The notes under the pieces: model-generated
Database searches by the model: none
Told to the model about the DNA's origin: nothing
The model's input: only the letters and a program-made list of their open reading frames with translations
Made by a program: the position numbers and the translations under genes
From: Octopus bimaculoides
Taxonomy: Eukaryota
Length of the DNA: 39,724 nt
Reading direction: 5' to 3'
Assembly (NCBI RefSeq): GCF_001194135.2
Contig: NC_068997.1
Span: 52,664,013 to 52,703,736 of the forward strand
Shown: positions 11,282 through 21,660 of the stretch, piece after piece
Layout of the letters: each line of letters begins with the position of its first letter
Numbering within the stretch: position 1 is the first letter of the stretch

Positions 11282-11742
11282 CTGAAACAGAGCGGAACAA
11301 GGAAACTAAGCATATTTTATGGTACAGAGGTGATGGTGGTGGAGGTGAGGTGTGGTTGGGTGCAGTGATGTATAGAAATGATGCACAGAAGGGTGGGTAC
11401 AGTCGTAGATAGAAATGTGGGTAGAATGGATATGAGACCGTCTGGCACAGCTGTTTTGGTGCCAACTGTTTGACATCTTTCTGTTAATGTGTGTCGGTAT
11501 CTTTTCCTTTGTATGTCTGAGGAGAGAGAAAGTGTTCATGTTCATTTGTGTTCAATTAATATATTGTAATGTCTCTCACTCTCTCTGTCTCCCCCTCTCT
11601 CACTCCCTCTCTTCCCACTCTTTCTCTCTCTCTCTGTTTATGTGTGTGAGCATATTTCAATTGAAAGATCTGAAGAGAGAAAAAATGTATATGTCAATCT
11701 TGTTCAATAAAAAAACTGTAATATTGTTCATTATTTAGATTA

Positions 11743-11970
11743 TTGACCCTTTTGTGACCATATTTCTGTTGAGATGTTCTGTGTTTCTTTCAATTACTTT
11801 AAATATAACAAAGAATTCAGTAAAATATCTTAGTTATCATTAAGCTAGTGTTAGGAACATAAATTGTGACTAAGGTTTGGTGGAAGATTTTAATTCAGAA
11901 CTTATGAAAATAAGACATTTGTACTCAGAGCCAGAGGTGGTTTCAGCTGGGTTGGTAATGAAAGGGTTAA
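11743..11970. mobile_element. piggyBac-type MITE
   Basis: Ends TTGA|CCCTTTTGTGACCA and TGGTAATGAAAGGG|TTAA: CCC/GGG termini, TTAA-type target, no ORF. Confidence 0.75.
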
Positions 11971-12037
11971 GTGACTTGCAACAGCCAACAAATGGCCTAC
12001 AGCTGTCCACTGTGACCAGCAGTTAATGGATACTGAC

Positions 12038-12162
12038 CTGTAAGGCGTCTTGCTTGTGCTTTTCACAATTAAAATCTGTATTTTTTGGTATCGTGCATAA
12101 TGTGGACTTGGCCAGAAGCAGCAGTCTCCGACCACACTGCTGTATTGCCTTAGCATTGGTTC
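12038..12162 (-). CDS. ANKRD54: ANKRD54-like coding exon (125 nt, phase 1 to 0)
   Basis: atccacacag|...|gtcagt. Encodes GTNAKAIQQCGRRLLLLAKSTLCTIPKNTDFNCEKHKQDALQ, aligning without gaps to human [42 protein letters not shown]. Confidence 0.88.
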
Positions 12163-12834
12163 CTGTGTGGATATATGAGGAGATAAAAATTGGCGAGACT
12201 GATGGGGAGACAGAGACATGCAAAAAAGACAAAGACAGACAAACAAGTAGATATGACTGCATCGTTTGTATGACACTAGAAACTAAGGAGGGAGGATTGA
12301 TTGTTGATAGAAGGACCATTAAATGTTGTTAAGTGGTACCAGAGGGAGCATTAATTAGAGACATTTTAGTAAACCTCAACTTAAGTGATCAAAGAAAACA
12401 TCAATAAGTTGTTGGATTTACAAATCCAAGGATTGTGAGTTCAAACCTTGTGTTAGAGTTGTGTAGTCTTCCAAAATCTTGTACACAGCTCACAGTCACC
12501 CGTTGCAACGTTTATGGACCTCCAAGGGGCCTTTGAATATCAAATTGGGAACAGCTGATATAAGTCATCATGTTATAAAACCAATCATACTACAAGAAGA
12601 TAATTCAGTAATTTGTAATAGAAGCTGATGTATTTAAGTAAAATAAATCAAGAAATTACTGTAATTAATAGCATAAAAGACAAACGGTCATATCAATTTC
12701 AGCAGTGTATATTGAGGGGAAAAATTGGTTTTACATCAAAACATGTAATATAGTCTTAACCCTTTGGACCCTAATCACCCACAGGATTGTGGGTGTGTGT
12801 GTGTGTGTGTGTGTATATATGTGTATAGGTATGT

Positions 12835-13010
12835 GTTTGTGTGTCTGTGTTTGTCGCCCCACCATCGCTTGACAACTTAGCGGTTTGGCAAAAGAGACCA
12901 ATAGAATAAGTACTAGGCTTACAAAAAATAAGTCCTGCGGTCGATTTGCTCAACTAAAGGTGGTGCTCCAGCATGGCTGCAGTCAAATAACTGAAAGAAG
13001 TAAAAGAATA
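12835..13010 (+). mobile_element. SINE 3' module
   Basis: ttagcggtttggcaaaagagacc...ctccagcatggctgcagtcaaataactgaaa. Same module at 14063, 17135 (-), 19460, 34055 and 1630 (-). Confidence 0.85.
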
Positions 13011-13050
13011 AAAATATATCTATTATTCTCTCTCTCTCTCTATCTAAATA

Positions 13051-13160
13051 GGCAGTGTGGTAAGAAGCTTGCTTCCCAACCTCATGGTTCCAGGTTCAGT
13101 CCCACTGCATGGCACCTTGAGCAAGTGTCTTCTATTATAGCCTCTGACCAACCAAAGATA
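13051..13160 (+). mobile_element. tRNA-derived SINE head and core
   Basis: A-box-like GGCAGTGTGGTAAG, B-box-like GGTTCAGTCCC (13093), then core caccttgagcaagtgtcttct. Confidence 0.85.
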
Positions 13161-13341
13161 CCCTAAAGATTCTACCAATCCAATATCCAAAGTTAATAAC
13201 AATTTCCTAAGTGAAAAAAACGTTACGCTTGGAAGAACATCCAGCAAGAAATATCTCTCCAATAAACTGAATAATGTTCTCCCCTAAACCACCCATTATC
13301 CACCCTTAACTGAACAAGACATCACTGAACAGAGTACTTAC

Positions 13342-13389
13342 CTGCCTTTAATAACAAAGTAACCATGGCGATGTTGTTGGTACAGACAG
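13342..13389 (-). CDS. ANKRD54: ANKRD54-like coding exon (48 nt, phase 1-1)
   Basis: tttctccatcttgcag|...|gtaagt. Encodes AVCTNNIAMVTLLLKA(G) versus human AACTNHVPVITTLLRG. Confidence 0.93.
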
Positions 13390-13525
13390 CTGCAAGATGG
13401 AGAAATTGTTTCATTAAAAATACATCACATCACAGCATCACAGCTCTTTCATCTCTCTCACTTTCTACATATATATTATCCTCTATCTCTCTCCCTCATT
13501 CTCTCACTTTGTATAAGTATATTAT

Positions 13526-13572
<47 letters not shown>

Positions 13573-13587
13573 CTATCTGTCTAAAAA

Positions 13588-13735
13588 GGCTGTGTGGTAA
13601 GAAGCTTGCTTCCCAACCAAATGGTTCTGGGTTCAGTCTCACTGTGTGACACCTTGAGCAAGTGTCTTCTACTATAGCCTCAGATCAACCAAAGCCTTGT
13701 GAGTGGATTTGGTAGACGGAAACTGAAAGAAGCAT
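13588..13735 (+). mobile_element. tRNA-derived SINE head and core
   Basis: Near copy of 13051, continuing ccttgtgagtggatttggtagacggaaactgaaagaagc. A more decayed copy lies at 14617-14750. Confidence 0.85.
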
Positions 13736-14998
13736 ACACACACACACACATACATATATATATTTATTTATGTAAAAAATCAAAATAAGCAACACGGATT
13801 TCAAAGATGATTGCAGTACGCACGTTTCATGCTACTCCATTTATTTAAGTAATGCGAGCATTACATTAAATGCAATATGTAGAGCAATCTTCAGCTGCAG
13901 GAAAATGCAGAAAATCACAGTAGAATAGACATATTATAATTGTGGCAACATATTATAATTGTGGCAATATACCATACCATACTATATTCTGGTGCCTAAA
14001 CATAAGTACCATATTCAATCTAAATCTAAACCTTCTATTTATTTATGTATGTATATATCTCCATGTGTGTGTCTTTGTCTCCCACCACTGCTTGGCAACT
14101 GGTGTGGTTTTGTTTACATCCCTATAACTTAGTGGTTTGGCATAGGAGACTAATAGAATAAGTAGCAGGCTTATAGTTTACTGAGTTGATTCATTTCACT
14201 CAAAAACCTCCAAGATACTGCTTCAGCATGGCCACAGTCAAATGACTGAAACAATGACACAAGTAAAAGGCAAAGGATGTGTGTGTGTTGGGCCTCACAG
14301 AGGCAATGATGAATCACTGAGACTTTTGGCATTATGCCACACTTGAGAAGAAGACCCATCAAACCAAGTGTGGCAGACACTGGTGTCACGCAAATGGCAC
14401 TCGTGCCGGTGACAACATAAAAGCACTCATTTCTCTCAGAGGGCTTGGCATTAGGAAGGGCATCCAGCCATAGAAAACCAAGCCACATCAGACTGGAGTC
14501 TGGTGCAGCCTTCCAGCCTTCCCAGCCCTGGTCAAAACGTACAACTCATGCCAGCATGGACAATGGATGTTAAATGGTGATGGTGATGCTGATGATGATA
14601 TATCCACACACACACTGCTTTGTGGTTAAGAAGTTCACTCCCTAACTTCATGGTTTCCAGTTCAATCTCACTGCATGTCATCTACTATAGCTTTGGGTCA
14701 ACCATAGTAGTGTGAGTGGACAGGGTAGATGGAAACTGAAAGAAGACCACTGTGTGTGTGATGTGTGTGTAAGTAGGTTTCCTTATCTTGATATCACATG
14801 GTAGCTGTAAACGAGAGTCACTGTCATACAAGCAGCATTGTTTGTTTTCAAATATTCTGTAAGAAAATGTCAGGAGAAATATTAGAAATATTACTTTGGT
14901 TGGGGACATGCGAGGATTGGTGACAGGGAGAGTATCCAGCCGTTGAAATCAGCCTGAATAAATTCTGCTTGACCCATGCAAGCATGCAAAAGTGGACA

Positions 14999-15221
14999 TT
15001 AACCCTTAAGTATTTAAACCGGCCATATCCAGCCCAAATATCTGTTTTAGGTTAAAACTGACCAGATCTGGCCTCTTACACCAATCCTACAATGTCATTC
15101 ATTTAATAAACAATTACAACATCAAAATCTCAAAGCTATGAGATAATGCATGATTAATTCAAAACAATGTGAATTCATAAATATAAAATTTGACAGAGAA
15201 ATCTGAATTCTGAAAAGTTAA
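14999..15221 (+). mobile_element. piggyBac-type MITE, second family, copy 1
   Basis: TTAA|CCCTTAAGTATT ... AATTCTGAAAAG|TTAA, collinear with 17768-17995. Confidence 0.75.
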
Positions 15222-15414
15222 AACAATGATGTGGGAGGGGTGACAGATACCAATTAAGAATATGACACAAAATAATTAGAAGAGCAATGATTACACATGT
15301 AGATCCTTACCTAACTGCAATAGGGTTATTCCTTAACAACTATTACATGTAGATCCTTGTCTAAAACTAAAGATGTGTTATTCCACAGGGATTATTATAC
15401 AAGTAGGTCCTTAC

Positions 15415-15486
15415 CTAAGTGCAGTGGTGTGTTATTCAAAATATCAATCTGGTTTGGATCCGCTCCTCGTTCAATTAACATCTGAG
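15415..15486 (-). CDS. ANKRD54: ANKRD54-like coding exon, ankyrin repeat (72 nt, phase 1-1)
   Basis: ctctctctcccaaacag|...|gtaagg. Encodes AQMLIERGADPNQIDILNNTPLHL versus human [24 protein letters not shown]. Confidence 0.93.
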
Positions 15487-15828
15487 CTGTTTGGGAGAGA
15501 GAGAGAAAAAGAAAGAAAGAAGTTTAATTAGAAGAGCAACTTCAGTTGTTAACGAGAAAACAAAGCTTCTAAATAAATTGATTTAAGATTTTGGCGAAAT
15601 GCCAGCAATTTCGAGGGGATGGGGGTAAATCGATTAGATCAACCCTGAAAGAATGGAAGGCAAAGGTGACTTCAGCGGGAATTGAACTCAGAATATAACT
15701 TGGTTTAGAAAAAAATCAGAGATAAAGGGAAAGATACAGGGGAGATAAACGAGTGGGAAATAGTGGGAGTTAGAGAGAGAGAGTTAGAGAGTATATTGCT
15801 TAATGTATATAGTGTGTATGTTGCCTAC

Positions 15829-15927
15829 CAATGAGGACATTTCCTTGAGCTGCTGCGAAATGTAAAGCTGTCCGTTTCTTTTCATCTGCAGACCTAGCAT
15901 CAATTCCACTCTCCAGAAACTTCAGGA
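15829..15927 (-). CDS. ANKRD54: ANKRD54-like coding exon, ankyrin repeat (99 nt, phase 1-1)
   Basis: ttattacag|...|gtaggc. Encodes VLKFLESGIDARSADEKKRTALHFAAAQGNVLI versus human [33 protein letters not shown]. Confidence 0.93.
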
Positions 15928-16439
15928 CTGTAATAACAACAACAACAACATAAAACAATTTTTGGTAAAGTTTCATCACAAAACAGTATGTGTGTGTGTG
16001 TGTGTTTATGTGTGTGTAAACACACACACACACACATTGTCATCATTTAACAATCTGTTTTCCATGCTGGCATGGGTTGAACAGTTCGACATGAGCTGCT
16101 AAGCCAGAACCCTGTGCCAGGCTTCAACAGGGTTTCCATGGCTAGGGTGCCCGTCATAATGCCAACCCCTTTACAAAGTGTACCTGGTGCTTTTTATGCA
16201 GCACCAGCACCACTTAGTAACTTGCAAGACAAGACCCCCTCGACTGAGTTCGTATAGTACTGAGGGAGGTGAGTTTATGCCAGATGATGGGAGGGTAAAG
16301 TATAGGTGTCTTGTAGTGGAGACCCATGGCTATCCCTGTTGAAAAAGAGAGGGAAAAGGTGGTGGCAGTGGTGAAGAGGAAGTGAATATAAGTGATACAG
16401 CGGACTGGACAGAGTGTGTGGGTAGGTAAGTAAGTTGTG

Positions 16440-16722
16440 TGCAGCTCTTACACTCTTCTCCATACACTTTCTGCAACTCTGCATAGGCCTCTGAGTAGGT
16501 ATTGCCATGACACCTTTTTCTGTCATGGTCAATGCAATGATCACACGCTACACACCTTCCTTCCAAGCACTGCTGTAAGCAGCAGAAGTGAGCTAGGATG
16601 TTACAATTTAGTGTGCATGCACAGCAGAGTTCAAGATCAATTTGTGCCAAGCGGCTTCACTCTGCATGCTTTAGCTTCATTACTCTGGCAACAGTCCAGA
16701 TACTTATTGATCAGACCACGTA
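16440..16722 (-). mobile_element. Mariner 5' fragment (TIR plus HTH remnant)
   Basis: TA|CGTGGTCTGATCAATAAGTATCTGGACT TIR-like end. Remnant SEAYAELQKVYGEECKSCTQ resembles the mariner N-terminal HTH. Confidence 0.7.
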
Positions 16723-16770
16723 TGGAAGGATGGATACAGATATATATATATATACACACACACACACAAT

Positions 16771-16900
16771 GGGCTTCTTTCAGTTTCCATCTACCAAATC
16801 CACTTAGAAGATTTTGGTTGGCCTAAAGTTAGAGAAGACACTTGCCCAAGGTGCCACACAGTGGGACTGAACCCAAGACAACATGTTTGGGAAGCTAAAC
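16771..16900 (-). mobile_element. tRNA-derived SINE head and core, inverted copy
   Basis: Reverse complement of the 13588 family. Another inverted copy lies at 27595-27755. Confidence 0.8.
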
Positions 16901-16997
16901 ATGAGTATATATATATATATATAAATACATGTTATGCTCAGGTGTGTCGAGTGTGTTCAATGTTCATTAATAAAAGAGAAAAGCAGAAGCAACTCAC

Positions 16998-17045
16998 CTG
17001 ATGGATAATCATTCTTATTGGCAGCTGACATCATTTTCCTTTCAT
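16998..17045 (-). CDS. ANKRD54: ANKRD54-like coding exon (48 nt, phase 1-1)
   Basis: tttgtttgatattcaag|...|gtgagt. Encodes (D)ERKMMSAANKNDYPS, matching human ALKRLRDSANANDVET. Confidence 0.88.
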
Positions 17046-17134
17046 CTTGAATATCAAACAAAAAACGTTAATTAAATTCCAAAAATCCAAACAGTTAAAC
17101 ATCAAACAGATATAAACAAACGGCAGTTAATAGA

Positions 17135-17350
17135 TTCTTTTATTCTTTTATACCTTTACTTGTTTCAGTCATTTGACTGTGGCCATGCTGGAGCACCGCC
17201 TTTAGTCAAACAAATCAACCTCAGGACTTATTCTTTGTAAGCCGAGTACTTATTTTATTGGGCACTTTTGCCGAACCGCTAAATTACAAGGACATAAACA
17301 CACCAACATCAGCTGTCAAGCGATGGTGTGGGGGACAAACACAGACACAC
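17135..17350 (-). mobile_element. SINE 3' module, inverted copy
   Basis: 112 of 128 positions match the reverse complement of 12877-13004. Confidence 0.85.
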
Positions 17351-17767
17351 ATGAATATATACATATAAGATATATATATACAACAGGCTTCTTGTAGAGG
17401 TGTTGGGTTTAAGGATATAGATGAATGTGTGTGTGTGTGTGTGTGCGCATTTAACATCCATCTTCCATGTTGGTTTGGATGGATGGTACAACAGGATCCA
17501 ACAAGCCAGAGGACTATACTGTGCCCCAGTGTCTACTTTAGTAATGTTTCTGTGGCTGGATGCTGTCCCTAATGTTAACCACTTTACAGAATCTTGCCAG
17601 ACAAAGGAAAGACCCATCAGCTGAATGAGGTTACAATAGAGAGGAACATGGCTTTATACGAGAGGTTCAGAGGTTAAATTGGGTCACAGGAACAGGAGCA
17701 GGTGTAGAGGGGATGCATTGCAAACCCAACTGGAAAAGGAAGCCAGGGTGAACCCTAAACTAATTAA

Positions 17768-17995
17768 TCAACCCTTGAGCATTTAAACTAGCCATATCTG
17801 GCCAAAATATCCTACCTGTTTTATGATCAAACTAGCCAGATCCAGCCTCTCACACCTACCCTACAATGTCATTCTAAAAATAAACAATCATATCATCAAA
17901 ATCTCAAAGTTACAAGATAATGCAGGATAAATTCAAAACAATGTGAATAAATAATCATTACATTTGACGGAGGAATTTGAATGCTAAACGGTTAA
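17768..17995 (+). mobile_element. piggyBac-type MITE, second family, copy 2
   Basis: TCAA|CCCTTGAGCATT ... AATGCTAAACGG|TTAA. Confidence 0.78.
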
Positions 17996-18064
17996 GGAAG
18001 AACACAGAATCCACAAATACTGATTGCAATAATTGAAGAAATGAACAAGTACCGAAATGCTTAC

Positions 18065-18242
18065 CTTTAGGGTTCCTTCGGATGCCGACCTTAAAATCCT
18101 TCAACCGTACTTGTCGATGTGATGTGGAAGGTTTAACTTTACCAAGCAGTTTATTCTGAACATAATCACTTGTGTAATGAAGATTTCCTGGGATTTTCTC
18201 TGGCCAAATAGACACATCAAATTTGGGAGTATCTCCGCTACC
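18065..18242 (-). CDS. ANKRD54: ANKRD54-like gene, most 5' confidently spliced coding exon (178 nt, phase 0 to 1)
   Basis: Acceptor cttgtcttcgtgtag, donor AAAG|gtaagc. Encodes GSGDTPKFDVSIWPEK...KLLGKVKPSTSHRQVRLKDFKVGIRRNPK and is phase-compatible with the next exon. Basic segment precedes the ankyrin repeats as in ANKRD54. No in-frame ATG, so an upstream exon is needed. Confidence 0.7.
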
Positions 18243-18314
18243 CTACACGAAGACAAGGTACATAAGTTTTAAAGACACAAACCTATATATATACAGCCTT
18301 GGCCAAAATTATGG

Positions 18315-18972
18315 GGCAGGTACGAAAAAATGGAGAACCTAATGGAGATTGACTCACTTAATAATTGTAAACTAAACTCCGCTTGCGAAGACCTGTTGAG
18401 GCAAGTGAAATTAAAATCGAACCAAATTCGATGACTGGCACCCATGCCAACGTCTCCTTCATTGGACACTAAACTCGGCCTGTGAAGACCTGTTGGAGCA
18501 AGCGAAAGCGTGATGGCACCTGTACCAGTGGAGCGCTAAGAACACCGTCCGAGCGTGATCGTTGCCAGAGCAGCTGTCTGGCTTCCGTGCTAGTGGCACG
18601 TAAATAGCACCATTTGGGCGTGATTGTTACCAGCGTCGCCTTTCTGGCACTTGTGCTGGTGGCACGTGAAAAGACATTCAAGCGAGGTCGTTGCTTGTGC
18701 CGCTGGACTGGCTCCTGTGCAGGTGGCACATAAAATACACCATTTTGAGCATGGCCATTGCCAGTACCGCCTGACTGGCCTTTGTGCCGGTGGCACATAA
18801 AAGAACCCACTACACTCTCGGAGTGCTTGGCGTTAGGAAGGGCATCCAGCTGTAGAAACTCTGCTAAATCAGATTGGAACCTGGTGTAACCATCTGGTTC
18901 GCCAGTCCTCAGTCAAATCGTCCAACCCATGCTAGCATGGAAAGCGGACGTTAAACGATGATGATGATGATT
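18315..18972 (+). mobile_element. RTE-related 3' UTR/tail element with internal tandem repeats and (GAT)n end
   Basis: ggcgttaggaagggcatccagc...ccaacccatgctagcatggaaagcggacgttaaacgatgatg. Shorter copies at 14330-14600, 14905-15000, 16030-16250 (-), 17445-17600 (-) and 24408-24540 (-). Confidence 0.75.
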
Positions 18973-19071
18973 ACACACACTCTTCTATACCCTCTGCTCT
19001 ATACACCCTGTATGCTTTATGCTATGCATTATATATACACTCTGCACTAATTAAACTCTACTATATATTAT

Positions 19072-19243
19072 CAGGGCCATATTTAAAAACCTGATGGCCC
19101 CAGTGCTGTGCCAAAGAAGTGGGGCTCTGCTACCATTTATGTTGAACTGCAGGCTTCCATACTTTCCACAACCCAAGACAATAATGGGTTTCCAAAGGCC
19201 CTGTGGTTGTAGCACCCAAAGCCCCTATCTTAAGATGGTGCCA
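19072..19243. mobile_element. hAT-type MITE
   Basis: CAGGGCCATATTTAA start with an imperfect inverted end TTAAGATGGTGCC. Confidence 0.5.
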
Positions 19244-19344
19244 TATAATTATACCATTCTACCGCTGCCAACACAAGTAAACCATTTTGAGAAATATCAT
19301 TTAACAAATCATTATCATTATCATCATCATCATCACCATCATCA

Positions 19345-19428
19345 AGTGTCTTTTACTATAAGCCTCAGGCTGGTCGAAGCCTTGTGAGTGGATTTGGTAG
19401 AAGGAAACTGAAAGAGGTTCATCGGATA

Positions 19429-19464
<36 letters not shown>

Positions 19465-19660
19465 TTTGCCTCCCCCACCTGCCACCCGCCTGTTGGTGTG
19501 TTTATGTCCATGTAACCTAGCAGTTCGGCAAAAGACACCGATTGAATAAATACCAGGCTTTAGAAAAAAAAAAAAGTACTGGGATCGATTCGTTCGGTTA
19601 AAATTCTTCAAGGCGGTGCCCCAGCATGGACGCAATCTAATGACTGAAACAAGTAAAAAA
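19345..19660 (+). mobile_element. Composite SINE: core, internal (TG)n, 3' module
   Basis: Joins the 13588-type core to the 12835-type tail through (TG)n, showing the two modules belong to one element. Confidence 0.8.
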
Positions 19661-19676
19661 AAAATACACACACACA

Positions 19677-19711
<35 letters not shown>

Positions 19712-19723
19712 ACACACACATAC

Positions 19724-19792
19724 TTTCGTTTTGAGCTTTGTGGCTATAAATGCTTTATCTATATTAACGTTCAGACACACACACAGATACAT
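19724..19792 (-). CDS. Candidate start exon of the ANKRD54-like gene (MYLCVCLNVNIDKAFIATKLKTK)
   Basis: Donor AAA|gtatgt at 19723 is in phase 0 with the 18242 exon, and an in-frame ATG lies at 19792. No homology support and weak Kozak context. Confidence 0.25.
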
Positions 19793-19827
19793 ACATGGCG
19801 AAGGTAAAGAATTCGTACACCGGATGT

Positions 19828-19862
19828 TTAGGGTTAGGTTTAGGGGTTAGGATTAGGGTTAC
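19828..19862 (+). repeat. Degenerate interstitial telomere-like repeat
   Basis: tttagggttaggtttaggggttaggattagggtta: about six TTAGGG-like units. Confidence 0.8.
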
Positions 19863-19901
19863 GCCGAAAACGGGTGATGTGCGTTTTCTTTACCTCCGCG
19901 C

Positions 19902-19943
<42 letters not shown>

Positions 19944-21063
19944 TGATTAGTTATAGGGCTTCAATAGAATCTAGGGGCATCAAGAGATAGAACGCCAGAA
20001 ATGGCCAGGTACCATAACATAGGGTCCATAGTGAGGTAAACCCATGAAGGTATCATACCACATAAACCGTAGATAACTACTAGGGGCTGGTTTTAGATGC
20101 GGCGTAAGTATAGACGGGAACACAAACTGGGTCTTATATTTACGACATTAAACCCCATTTGTTCCATAAACGAAACTCTAGGCCCTTCAGTCACTACGTT
20201 CTTCCTGCCGATTAAAAACAACACACACACACGTGTGTATATATATATATGTATGTATGTATGTATGAGATAACAATACTGCTCTATATAAACATCAGCC
20301 GCAGTCTTTACAATGACAGTTACGAAACTGCTATATACACTCACTAGACCTGATGCTACATATAACAACCAAATCTCCCTCGTATATCACACCAGACCTT
20401 CTTACAAAGAGTAAGGCCTAGAACATTGCAATAATATCGTCCTAGATACACTATGTCTGAATAAAATATGAGGTGTTTATAGTCGGACTTTCTTCGATCA
20501 CAGGTCCATTTGGTGACTATAGAACTGCGACAAAACATCTAGATGTACATATATATATATATCAGTTATATATTACGTGTGTGTGTGTGTGTGTGTGTGT
20601 GTACAAGAGTCTCTATGAAGTCATTCGACGCGCTAAACATAGCAGCCATCTCTTCCCCTTAATTGAAAAAGGGATACATTTGACAATGTCGTCCTAAGAT
20701 ATAAAAAGACGGGATAGTCACAGCTGGAACGCTTCTCTTTATAGGTCTGGATGATGAGGGCCAGCATGAAATTAGCAATACAAAAAAAAAAAAATATATA
20801 TATATATACACACACATTGATAGTTATATATACGTGTGTGCATATATCAATGTGAATAACAAGAAAACATAATACATATATATACATATACGCACACACA
20901 TATATACAGATAGATAGATAGATTGATAGATCGATCGATAGATAGATAGATCTATGTAAATATGTGCGCGTGTGTATATATAACACTAAACTATATATAC
21001 TGTAACAGCGACAGACTATATCTAACGCCGACAATGTATATGATATATATATATATATATATA

Positions 21064-21660
21064 NNNNNNNNNNNNNNNNNNNNNNNNNNNNNNNNNNNNN
21101 NNNNNNNNNNNNNNNNNNNNNNNNNNNNNNNNNNNNNNNNNNNNNNNNNNNNNNNNNNNNNNNNNNNNNNNNNNNNNNNNNNNNNNNNNNNNNNNNNNNN
21201 NNNNNNNNNNNNNNNNNNNNNNNNNNNNNNNNNNNNNNNNNNNNNNNNNNNNNNNNNNNNNNNNNNNNNNNNNNNNNNNNNNNNNNNNNNNNNNNNNNNN
21301 NNNNNNNNNNNNNNNNNNNNNNNNNNNNNNNNNNNNNNNNNNNNNNNNNNNNNNNNNNNNNNNNNNNNNNNNNNNNNNNNNNNNNNNNNNNNNNNNNNNN
21401 NNNNNNNNNNNNNNNNNNNNNNNNNNNNNNNNNNNNNNNNNNNNNNNNNNNNNNNNNNNNNNNNNNNNNNNNNNNNNNNNNNNNNNNNNNNNNNNNNNNN
21501 NNNNNNNNNNNNNNNNNNNNNNNNNNNNNNNNNNNNNNNNNNNNNNNNNNNNNNNNNNNNNNNNNNNNNNNNNNNNNNNNNNNNNNNNNNNNNNNNNNNN
21601 NNNNNNNNNNNNNNNNNNNNNNNNNNNNNNNNNNNNNNNNNNNNNNNNNNNNNNNNNNNN
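21064..21660. other. Largest of nine assembly gaps
   Basis: N runs at 2096-2423, 3250-3468, 4159-4465, 5575-5976, 21064-21660, 23345-23354, 24545-24582, 26091-26290 and 28524-28543, most flanked by microsatellites. Confidence 0.99.

Noticed and set aside
13051-13130. tRNA gene
   Set aside because: A and B boxes are present but there is no cloverleaf; it continues into the SINE core and recurs as decayed copies.
18551-18810. CRISPR-like array of hairpin repeats
   Set aside because: The intervening sequences are homologous to each other, there are no cas genes, and the context is a eukaryotic retroelement tail.
20605-20650. ATG GCT GCT ATG (MAAMFSASNDFIETL) as the ANKRD54 start, resembling human MAAA
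   Set aside because: It overlaps a SINE-tail motif (atagcagcc...) seen elsewhere in the window, and the only phase-0 donor (GTACAC) is poor.
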